DNA of 62,779 bases, the filler included, from Stramenopiles sp. TOSAG23-3 (lineage: Eukaryota), in assembly GCA_900128585.1 (NCBI GenBank). It is 8 parts of 8 records of this genome, joined end to end, with 100 filler letters (N's around TTAATTAATTAA, not from the genome) between each part and the next. Parts side by side here need not be neighbours in the genome. Positions count along the whole stretch, not along the records: positions 27,652 to 41,368 come from LT642612.1; positions 41,469 to 55,178 come from LT642613.1; 6 more parts are not named here. One strand, given 5' to 3'. The notes beneath the pieces are model-generated. The model was not told the origin of the DNA. It saw nothing but the letters and a program-made list of their open reading frames with translations, and searched no databases. Made by a program: the position numbers and the translations under genes. Positions 33,355-42,423 of the stretch are shown piece after piece (within the stretch, counting starts at the first letter, position 1; every line of letters begins with the position of its first letter).

Positions 33355-33635
33355 TTTCTTGATAATTTCTTTTTTGGGCTGGTGGGCAAAGTTTGGGCAT
33401 TTCCTTTCTTTAGTGGGGGTCGAGGGGACATTGGACGAACGGGACTCATAGGCATTGGGGGGCCTTTTCCTCCTGATCCGTTTGGATGTAGCCGAGGGGG
33501 GCCTCTTCCCAGGAGTGCCCCCCTGCCAGAAAGAAGCCCTCTTCCTGGTGGAGGGCCCCTTCCTGCTGGCGGCCCCCGGCCTCTCCCGGGTATTCCTCGT
33601 GGGGGTGGCCGGGGCGGGGCTCTATTGGATAACAT
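32928..33635 (-). CDS. Pro/Gly/Arg-rich (GRGPP-repeat) protein N-terminus; part beyond ~33250 doubtful
   Basis: MLSNRAPPRPPPRGIPGRGRGPPAGRGPPPGRG... starts at the edge of an AT-rich upstream region and reads into the antisense of the ankyrin gene. Confidence 0.55.
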   Translation of the reverse strand: MLSNRAPPRPPPRGIPGRGRGPPAGRGPPPGRGLLSGRGALLGRGPPRLHPNGSGGKGPPMPMSPVRPMSPRPPLKKGNAQTLPTSPKKKLSRNQSRIDARKKMLPGDKKADKKQLKSLRKQLLQFSLHLSTATIKAVHPKLSGSSRSTNFLRDLPPDLLFLTSSRRIIAFTNCKDPPKHAQWRGVRPSLSLSFGSPPNFTNSGTAAISCCVVSSSRKGCPPCKQRKWSGDRPCP

Positions 33636-34374
33636 CCTTCCTGTGCAACGACACTGTTTTACAACAGCCAAATCTATTACAACTTTCTATGTATTTTCTC
33701 CCTGAAAAACCTTTTATCTTTCTTCAAAACATACAACAATCGATTTAAATTTTAACATCTATTAACAATCTTCTTGTTTCTTCTACATTTTGTATCAAGC
33801 TGCGCTGTTATTATTGGCTAAATCGGAGTGGAGGGTCTTTTATTAATAGAAAGTCAATACACAAAGGACAAACGAAATGGCCAGGTCGTCAATTTTTGAA
33901 CGGTTCTATTTTTATTTATACGGTTACAGATTTTCGCGAAAAACGAACTGGAATATAAGAATAAAGGGAACTTTAAAAAATGAAAAGAGGCAGAATACTT
34001 CTCTCCTTGATGATGATGATGAAAAATTAAAATTAAAGACTACTAGTCTATAATATATACGAAGAATATATATAATTACGAATTAGTACGCTCGTAAAAT
34101 GTTCATTTTCGCTGTATTATGAAGAAGATAAATTTTAATTAATCATAGTATATACTTAATGAACGATTTTCTCACGTTTCCCCCTAAAAATTGTTGATTA
34201 TTTATTGAAGAAATACCAACCCGAAACATAGGGACGCAAAAATGCCAGGGAAGGACCGTCCTGCCGGGGCCAACTGGTCGTCTATAATAAATGTTCTTCA
34301 GTTATAAAAGTACGAATATTATATAATAATTAAATACAACTAACATTGCTGTGTCCTCGTAATAACTGTGCATT

Positions 34375-35781
34375 TTATTGTTTATTTTTTCTTCGGTTAC
34401 TCCGTTTTCTGCTGTAATATGTTGACGCTTCCTTCAAGTAATCCTTCGTATGGCCCGTCTTTCGGTGCCCATCTATCCCTGTGAAATATGTACTGACATA
34501 CTCACCTGTTTCCCAGCTGTAATTATAACCGCAGCCCCCGTTTGCAATGGCATCTAATATTCTTCCATGGGAATGAGTTCCACACATCATATAATCACAC
34601 CCTTGTGCTTTCTGTGCCAACAAGCCACAGTTTGGACACGGCTTAGCTGATTTTTTTAGAAGTTTGAACGTCTCAAGGTCCACCCCTCTACCTCCTTCTG
34701 CAAGTTCACACGTGTGTCCTTCGACGTCTTCCTCCTTTAGTCCTTGTTTGCAGGCAGGACATATTAGTTGTCCACAAAAACATATTCCAGGGCGGTATTT
34801 TTTCCACACGTGCTGTTCAGATGCGTTTTCTTTGACCCACCTCTGCAAAAGGTTCTTTGGGCTCTCCCGTTTTAAAGAAGGGAAGCCAGAAACAGAGTGC
34901 TTTCTTTTGTCTATCAATAAATAACTTTTGCAGTTTTCGTTTGGACAAGGACAGAATGGTACTTCATCATTTCTTGAATTGTGTTGGCCTACAATGTAAC
35001 GATATTTCATGCGCTCGGTAATCAATGATGACTTGACCAAAGTGTCCAACGCTTGTTCGTCAATCAACCCACTCTTCCGGCCAGCTGCAGTCCTCGGTTG
35101 TTCTGCAGCACAGGCGGGGCAAAAGCTGGGATACTTTCCATTATCTATCGTCATTTTTATAGTGTCCCGAATACAGTCCCTGCAATAAAAATGTTTTTTG
35201 TTGCAGTGATGCGTTATGCGATACTCTCCCTCGCCATAGCATATCAAACATTCCCCCGGCGCTTGATTTGTACAAGAACGTATTTCAGCTTCCCCCAAAC
35301 CATCGACAGAGTCCCGCTTTCGTAAATGCACTGCTTTGAACTTCCTCATTTTCTTGAATAATGTCTTTGCTTTCTCTATTTTCGTATTCGTCACTCTGTG
35401 TAATTTTGCTTTGCTCAGCAGTTGTTGAAATCTCATGTTAGGATTTAGGCAAGGGCTCTTTTCACCTTTTCCCGAAAGTATTATGTCCAGCTCTTGGAGA
35501 ATTGATTTGTACACCGTCTCTCGTTCTTTTTTCCACTGTTGCTCATAACTCAAAATCTTCAGAAATGGTGCTCGAGATTCTTGGTATTTCGTTTTGGCCT
35601 GACTGCACCTCTTTACTGCACGCTTATACAAAGACCCAAGAGACGGCATTGGGGAAACAGTACATTTTTGACCCGAACAGCGATACTTTTTCTTGCACTG
35701 CCTTCCACGTTGCGTACAGCTTTGGGGTGCAAGGGGTGCATGTACTAGTGGTAGTCGGACGCCGTGCCATGCCAGTGCCAT
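34375..35781 (-). CDS. RBR-type E3 ubiquitin ligase (RING1-IBR-RING2)
   Basis: CLIC..C..H.YCRDC..CPAC; CPNENC..C.CG..IC..C..H.C; KPCPNCG...KAQGCDYMMC. Start codon uncertain. Confidence 0.85.
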   Translation of the reverse strand: MALAWHGVRLPLVHAPLAPQSCTQRGRQCKKKYRCSGQKCTVSPMPSLGSLYKRAVKRCSQAKTKYQESRAPFLKILSYEQQWKKERETVYKSILQELDIILSGKGEKSPCLNPNMRFQQLLSKAKLHRVTNTKIEKAKTLFKKMRKFKAVHLRKRDSVDGLGEAEIRSCTNQAPGECLICYGEGEYRITHHCNKKHFYCRDCIRDTIKMTIDNGKYPSFCPACAAEQPRTAAGRKSGLIDEQALDTLVKSSLITERMKYRYIVGQHNSRNDEVPFCPCPNENCKSYLLIDKRKHSVSGFPSLKRESPKNLLQRWVKENASEQHVWKKYRPGICFCGQLICPACKQGLKEEDVEGHTCELAEGGRGVDLETFKLLKKSAKPCPNCGLLAQKAQGCDYMMCGTHSHGRILDAIANGGCGYNYSWETGEYVSTYFTGIDGHRKTGHTKDYLKEASTYYSRKRSNRRKNKQ

Positions 35782-36678
35782 GTCGGCCTACGACCAATGG
35801 GTTTCAACGGTGTATTTGCGATTTTTGTCGCTTTTTCGATACAATACCACGATAACTTTGTTTTATTTTGCTTTAAATCGGGTATACGTTGAACAGTTCC
35901 GCGAAAATTTTGTATGAAAGCTAGGGAAAGAGGGCCCGCCGCCATCGCACACACACTCAGGCAGTGAGCGGTAATAAACTATCGAATTATAAGACCTGCT
36001 GACGACGAAGAAGAAGGGGGGGGGGGATTTTGACAAACCAATTAAATACATAGTAATAGCATTAGTTTTTAAAAAAATCTTAAATGGTTTCGTTCTTCAG
36101 GTACTGTTCATTTTGTGCATTATAGTTAATTTTCACATTTAGTACTTAAAACGATTAATATTCCTATCAATCATCTTCTATTTATTTAATAATTACAAAA
36201 TAAATAATATGTAGTGTTAATAGTGTACATTAGAACGACTTCTATTTAAATACTACATGGGTGTAAATAATTGTAACCACCCATTTTCAACCTCCATTCT
36301 CCCATTTGTCCTATCGTATCGGTACCGTACAGTATAATATACAAGTAAATATAATTGAATTTAAATTATTAATTACTATAGTAGGGAGGAGGGGTGGAGG
36401 GGCTGGTGTATAAAAAAAAGAATTATTGAATGATGATGATGAGATCTGAACATATGATCCTTACACTTGTGCCTTTATAAATTTACATTTAAACGACAGC
36501 AAGGAGTTGTTTCTGGTATTTGTTTATCAAGGGTGATTTGAAAGTAACCAAAGAGCCCACCCAAGGAAAGAAAGAAAGAAGATTTATACGTTTATGAGTG
36601 AGACACCATCTTTTTCATCATTTCAGTCCGCACAGAGCGACAAGGTACTTACTTAAATGCAACGTTATTTTCAACGAA

Positions 36679-39321
36679 ATGGGAAGATTTGAGACAACCT
36701 TGTCCCTGGGCGAAACCACGTGCTTTCTATTCTTTGGGGCTATTAGCTCTGCCTACTGCTATTTCTACACAAACGACAGGGCAGCAATCAAATCGAATGG
36801 GGGGGCGTCCGGTGGTAGGGTTGGCGCCCTTGACAACTCAATTGCTTCGGTCATCGAAGCTTTAAGCATGGGCTTTGAGTTGGGTGCAATTCTGCTATTT
36901 TCTTGGTGCTGTGAAAACGTGCCACTCTGGCCCCATAACGAAAAATTTGGGTCGAACCTAATTTTCTGGGGCCTTTTTGCCCTATTCATGTTTGTCGCGC
37001 TGTTCACGGTCAAACTGAACAAAAATAGCGATGACACGCTGCTGAACAGGGATCAAACGGAAGAGTGGAAAGGTTGGATGCAATATCTGTTCCTTGCTTA
37101 CCACTACTTCCATTACGGGGCCGTCTACAATTACGTTCGGGTCTTCATTAGCTGCTACGTGTGGCTTACCGGTTTCGGTAACGTATCATTCTTTTACATC
37201 AAGCAAGATTTTGGCTTGCTGCGGTTTTTACAAATGATTTGGCGCCTCAACTTTTTGGTATTTTTCTTGTGCTTGGTGCATAAAAATACGTATATCTTGT
37301 ACTACATTTGCCCGCTGCACACGTTTTATTTTTGCATGACGTATGTTATTATGTGGTGTGGTCGGGATATGAATATTGAATGGCCACCTTGGCTACGCAT
37401 CAAATTTGCTATTGCCATTGTATTGGTGTACTTTGTATGGGAGTACCAAAGCATATTTTACTCAACTTTTGGGGTCTTGCTCGGCAACGAGAAAGTTGTT
37501 GGGGCGAAAAATGGGACTTTGTACGAATGGTACTTTCGTACCGCCTTAGACCACTATTCTGCCATTTTCGGCATGGCATTTGCCATCAACTTCCCGACCT
37601 TTGTTGCATGGTTTAAGCGTGCCGAAGAACAAAGTAAGAGCAGAGAGATCGCATTGAAGCTGCTGCTTTGCGCACCACTTGCTTTTATGCTCGTTTGGTG
37701 GGCTACAAATATTGCGCCCAAACCGAAATTACAGTACAACAGCACACACCCTTATCTTTTCTGGGTACCGTTGCTAGCGTACGTGGCGATTCGAAATTCA
37801 TTTTCCTGGCTTCGAAAATATCACCTCGGCTTGCTCGCAAGGATGGGAAAGGTAACTCTGGAAACTTATTTGATGCAACATCATATATGGCTGGCTGCAA
37901 ATGCAAAAGCGCTCGTCGTGTTGGTGCCAGGTTACCCCCTGGTCAATTTGGCGTTGGTTACAGTCATTTATGTCTTCGTTTCCAACCGATTGTTTCGAAT
38001 CACCATTGGGCTGCGAGCCATGCTGCTTCCAAATAATTTGTCCGCGACCTTGTTCAATTTGTCCCGGTTGGGTTTTGCACTACTTCTTTGTGCTGGTATT
38101 GCTTCCATTGTCTGTCGCACAACGGGTCGTTGGTTTGACGTATGCTTGTTATGTTCTACCTTCTGTTTGAGTTACAGCTTTGTGGAGTTTATCCGTAAAA
38201 GATTAAGAGTCGAGAATGTTGTCGATCATTCTAAAACGCAACCAATATCTGCTTCGGCGTGGAGAAAGATCTTTTCAAACAGTCATTGGCTGGTGTTGTT
38301 TTCGGCAGTCTTCCTTTTCTTTAGAGCAGACCATGCGACGAACGCGGCTGCACTGTCGAGTGAACAAGAATCTGGACTGTGTGCCTCCGCGCTAGGGATT
38401 GGGTCGTGGGAAACGAAGGACACAACCACCGAGCATTGCTCCAAACACAGCGTGTGCTTTCCGGAACAGAATCTTGTATTTTCCTGGATTCGATTAAGTA
38501 ACAAACAAAAAACATTGTGTAAGTCAAAGCCGAGAGTGCAGGCGTATCAATTTTTCAGGCCAAAGAATGCGGATGCCTGGAGCACATTCTATGAGCCCCA
38601 AACTGTTACCTTCTTTGGGGGCGAGACCGCTCGAATACTGAAGAAACATTTTTCTGAACTAGTAAGCAGCAGTGCATCGGGCACTTCAAATGTGGTTCAT
38701 AAACCTTGGGAAATTGAAATGCCCCAGTTGACTTGCGATGTTGCAAAGAAGTCCACCATCGTCATAGCTGTCGACCTAATGCAAACGTGTGCCGAATCCG
38801 ATAAGAAAGTAATAGAATCCTTGAGGAAACATGCTGAATCTTTGAAAACGTCGTGCCCTGACACTTCTGTAATATGGATTGGAGGGATGCGTGGGGCTGG
38901 AGGATGCGGTAGAAACGCGTTGGGCCAAGATTCAACTATGATTTTTCTCAATGCTGCTGATCTTTTGAGAGGCTATCCAGAGAAAACAGCCGGGGCGGAA
39001 ACACTCAACGTGCTGAGCATGACAGTTGCCAACCAGATCAAATTTGATCAGCTTGATTCTCCGGCCGCCAGCTTTAAATACATCCCCCACAACAGATCGT
39101 TTGCTCTTGTGGTACTTGCGGTGTACTTATGTATTATTATTTGTTCAGATAATTTCATTGGCCTTAGCCACGTGGCCTTCTTGTTCTTTGGGATGAAATT
39201 GATTGATCTTAGGCAGAGTTATGATGAATTTCACAAAACAAATGGTATGGTGATCGTGAAAAATGTTGATGACGAAATGGGGGACGTAAAAAGAACCAAC
39301 TTAAAAAGTATGGAGACTTAA
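36679..39321 (+). CDS. CAS1/RWA-family multi-TM O-acetyltransferase with C-terminal SGNH/PC-esterase-like domain
   Basis: LNRDQTEEWKGWMQ, YVWLTGFGN, LYYICPLHT, YEWYFRTALDHY, GKVTLETYLMQHHIW; first ATG at 36679. Confidence 0.9.
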   Translation: MGRFETTLSLGETTCFLFFGAISSAYCYFYTNDRAAIKSNGGASGGRVGALDNSIASVIEALSMGFELGAILLFSWCCENVPLWPHNEKFGSNLIFWGLFALFMFVALFTVKLNKNSDDTLLNRDQTEEWKGWMQYLFLAYHYFHYGAVYNYVRVFISCYVWLTGFGNVSFFYIKQDFGLLRFLQMIWRLNFLVFFLCLVHKNTYILYYICPLHTFYFCMTYVIMWCGRDMNIEWPPWLRIKFAIAIVLVYFVWEYQSIFYSTFGVLLGNEKVVGAKNGTLYEWYFRTALDHYSAIFGMAFAINFPTFVAWFKRAEEQSKSREIALKLLLCAPLAFMLVWWATNIAPKPKLQYNSTHPYLFWVPLLAYVAIRNSFSWLRKYHLGLLARMGKVTLETYLMQHHIWLAANAKALVVLVPGYPLVNLALVTVIYVFVSNRLFRITIGLRAMLLPNNLSATLFNLSRLGFALLLCAGIASIVCRTTGRWFDVCLLCSTFCLSYSFVEFIRKRLRVENVVDHSKTQPISASAWRKIFSNSHWLVLFSAVFLFFRADHATNAAALSSEQESGLCASALGIGSWETKDTTTEHCSKHSVCFPEQNLVFSWIRLSNKQKTLCKSKPRVQAYQFFRPKNADAWSTFYEPQTVTFFGGETARILKKHFSELVSSSASGTSNVVHKPWEIEMPQLTCDVAKKSTIVIAVDLMQTCAESDKKVIESLRKHAESLKTSCPDTSVIWIGGMRGAGGCGRNALGQDSTMIFLNAADLLRGYPEKTAGAETLNVLSMTVANQIKFDQLDSPAASFKYIPHNRSFALVVLAVYLCIIICSDNFIGLSHVAFLFFGMKLIDLRQSYDEFHKTNGMVIVKNVDDEMGDVKRTNLKSMET

Positions 39322-39401
39322 CCTTACGAAGTTTAATTATTGTGATTTCATACTTACGTGTAAGAATTACCAGTATATACAAAGTATATTTTTTCAGAAT
39401 A

Positions 39402-39479
39402 TCTAAATCTAGATTTCAGTTCGCAGTACATTAATTTTAATTACTTAAATAACAGCCAATTTTCTCTTGTTTTATTAAA
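39402..39479 (+). mobile_element. Repeat family A, 5'-truncated copy
   Basis: TCTAAATCTAGATTTCAGTTCGCAGTACATTAATTTTAATTACTTAAATAACAGCCAATTTTC, nearly identical to the reverse complement of 53222-53283. Confidence 0.85.
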
Positions 39480-39494
39480 TACGCAAGCGCATTT

Positions 39495-41150
39495 TTAATT
39501 CAGTTTTTGTTTCTTTTCTGGGCGCGAAGTATTTTTGTCATCGTCTACCAGATTGGGAGAATATATCTTCGACACGTTGCCTCGTGCAGACTGTTGCAAC
39601 TGTTTTCGGCGAATGGCACCAGGGATTCTAATCATGCTAAGTGTGTCCATCAAATGCTCCAAGGTCTCGTCAATATATGATTTTGAGTTTTCATCCTCTA
39701 CGAGCCTTTTATCCGTATGGATTGTGTCCTGTGGAAAAAAGAGGTCGCTGTACGGGTTCTGCGGTATCCTGGGGGGTAGTTTATCCTCGGCGCACAGAAA
39801 CTGGGCAGTGCTCACGGCCCAAGCCTTAGCGGTATCAGACAAGCACGAGCCGCTGGTGCCTCCCAGAAGAAGCAGCGGGGTTCGAAAGTCCCTCAAGAAC
39901 CTCATGCACCTGGCATAGCCTTCAGACGAAACATTGAAATACCCCGCCCTCGTACCACCAAGAATACCTGTTCCTGCAGAACACACAATTACTTGTGGGT
40001 TGTATTTCTGTACAACGTGACGGATTGTAAACTGGAAGACCTTCGCGTATGTGTTGTCTCCGCAGCCTCTTTCGAAAGGAACGTTAAAATTAAAACGCTT
40101 TCCCGTACTATGCCCGCTATCGCGCGATTTTCCAGTCCCAGGGAACTTGCAGATGTTTTCGTCCGGCACAGGATTGAATGACAACGTAAAGACGCGGTTG
40201 GACATGTAAAACGCCTCTTCCACCGCATCGCTGTGAAAATAGCCCATGTTAACGTATAGTACCCGGTCGAACTTGGTCAAGAGTTCCAAGCAAGCCAAGA
40301 CACTGTCGTTGACAAAACAGCCCCCGGATGCTTCGTCCATTCGAGCATGCTGATACCCACCCATAAAGTTGATAGCAACGTCCGTTCGGCCTTTCGTGAG
40401 CAGCTGGGCAGCCTCTATCGAGGCCCCGGCAATCACTTGCGACTGCTCCATTGTGCCCTGCCTAACCGTATTTACACCAGTCAGCTTGTATCGCAGTTTC
40501 TGGTCAGCGTATTGGCCTGGGCGCAAGTGAGGCCTTCGGGACAGGATTGCCACGGTATTGATATAATCGTCGGAATGAAACCGTGTCATAAGTTGCAACG
40601 GGAGTGGTTTTGGAGTCCGCACTTGCAGCAGGGGCGTGTCCGTCAAGTTGTACGCCTTTAAAAGGTGCCACGTCAACTTGTGCCGAAAATTCTTCGGCAC
40701 GACTGGGCTGACAGAGGGAAGGTTTCCTATTTCCTCGTGGTAAAAATACGTAACCCGCCGCAGATTCTTTCCAGCAAACATGCGCATAAAGTCGCGGGCG
40801 ACGGTCGGTGTCGGTGCTTTGGGTACGTAATCGCTCCTCAAAGAGGGTGGCATCTCGTCCTCTTCGTCTAGCACCTCGGTCGTCGAGGCCCCAGCGGTGT
40901 CCGGAGCGGGCGCGCTACTCTCCGCCACCATGCTTGGCTGCGAAGCCTGTTCGCTCCCCTGGGCGGGCGCCTCGGTATCATTTTCTGCCGCATTCGCCGG
41001 CGGTGCATGTGCCGGGGGCACCGTGCCCCCTGCCGGCGGTGCCGTTCCTTCTAATTCCGACGGGGCACTCGGCTCCCCAGCCGCCGCTTGTTCCACAGGC
41101 GCGTCGGTTCCCGCCGGTACGGTGCCTGGGCTCGCCGGTTCAGTTGACAT
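39495..41150 (-). CDS. Class I (RPD3/HDAC1-like) histone deacetylase homologue, predicted catalytically inactive
   Basis: RFHSDDYI, EASGGCFVND, RVLY, VEEAFY, FPGTG and NVP are collinear with HDAC1, but active-site residues are substituted. Confidence 0.88.
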   Translation of the reverse strand: MSTEPASPGTVPAGTDAPVEQAAAGEPSAPSELEGTAPPAGGTVPPAHAPPANAAENDTEAPAQGSEQASQPSMVAESSAPAPDTAGASTTEVLDEEDEMPPSLRSDYVPKAPTPTVARDFMRMFAGKNLRRVTYFYHEEIGNLPSVSPVVPKNFRHKLTWHLLKAYNLTDTPLLQVRTPKPLPLQLMTRFHSDDYINTVAILSRRPHLRPGQYADQKLRYKLTGVNTVRQGTMEQSQVIAGASIEAAQLLTKGRTDVAINFMGGYQHARMDEASGGCFVNDSVLACLELLTKFDRVLYVNMGYFHSDAVEEAFYMSNRVFTLSFNPVPDENICKFPGTGKSRDSGHSTGKRFNFNVPFERGCGDNTYAKVFQFTIRHVVQKYNPQVIVCSAGTGILGGTRAGYFNVSSEGYARCMRFLRDFRTPLLLLGGTSGSCLSDTAKAWAVSTAQFLCAEDKLPPRIPQNPYSDLFFPQDTIHTDKRLVEDENSKSYIDETLEHLMDTLSMIRIPGAIRRKQLQQSARGNVSKIYSPNLVDDDKNTSRPEKKQKLN

Positions 41151-41368
41151 GTTTCGTTTGTTAAACTCGTTCGATCTTTTTTCACCCGATTACGCTCTCT
41201 GGTTCTATTTGTATTGCTACATTACAAAGAAAAAAATGTTATAACCGCGTTTGGATTAGTCAATGGTAATGTTTTTCAATTACAAATTCGTACTTGTGTA
41301 TCTTCTTTATTCATTCAAAATAAATTTTAAAAAAATAGAAGAAGATATAGAAGAAGGAAGAAGTACAT

Positions 41369-41468
41369 NNNNNNNNNNNNNNNNNNNNNNNNNNNNNNNN
41401 NNNNNNNNNNNNTTAATTAATTAANNNNNNNNNNNNNNNNNNNNNNNNNNNNNNNNNNNNNNNNNNNN
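41369..41468. other. Artificial contig spacer
   Basis: 44N-TTAATTAATTAA-44N. Confidence 0.99.
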
Positions 41469-41720
41469 TGGAAAAAATCGAGAAAATATACTTTTCCAGA
41501 TGCATCAGTAGGGGGGTAGCAGGCAAATAATTTTCTTCGAAACAGCACAAGGGACGACCTACCTCGTAATACAAGAACTATAATTTAAATAATAGACGTA
41601 CTACCACCAGCTGTACCCCTACCCAATAATTAATTAATACCAAAAAAAACTGATATAAAAAACCCTTGTATTACATTTGTTGGTACCGGTCGGTAGTTAG
41701 TAGCTGGTTTTTGATTGAAG

Positions 41721-41721
41721 T

Positions 41722-41761
<40 letters not shown>

Positions 41762-41762
41762 T
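41721..41762. repeat. (CTTT)n microsatellite
   Basis: About 10 perfect CTTT units. Confidence 0.95.
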
Positions 41763-42423
41763 ATTCTGTATTATAATAATAAAATACGGGTACTGTATGT
41801 TTTTAGACGACTATTACAAAATAAATAAACTTCTTCTTCTTCTACTATTCTATCTGAACTCGCGTCGTCCGTTATTCATTCGCACTCGCATATAGAGTTT
41901 AGTATATACACAGCATTAAGAATGTCTTTTGAAAAAACGAGTCTTCTTCCGTCGTCGTCTTCTTTATTATTATTATTATTATTATTTATTTTCTTTTTTT
42001 TTTTTTTTCCGTCTTTTTTTTGTGCTCTGTATTATGTCCTGTTGTTGTGGCGGTTATTATATTATTATTATTTTTTTTTATTATTTATTTATTTTTTTTA
42101 AAATTATCTTTTTGTTGTAAGAAAGAAATATTTTTAAAATGTACATATATCATAAAAATAATGCACTGAACCAAATCAAAGAATGAATAGGCAGTGAATG
42201 TTTCGAATAGACCAATTTGGCAAGAGCAACTAAATATTTTTGTAAAGCAAAGCATTTCGCTTTTCAGTTTTTTTTCTTAAAGTAGAAAACCTGCTCGCTG
42301 CGGAATAAGGGATTCGTGATACTAGGGCAGCCGTTTAGACTGGACGACTTATTGCTTTTAGCTTTCGAATTTGTACACTGATTGGTGTACTAGTAGTAGT
42401 AGTAGTCCCAGTAGTAATAGAAT

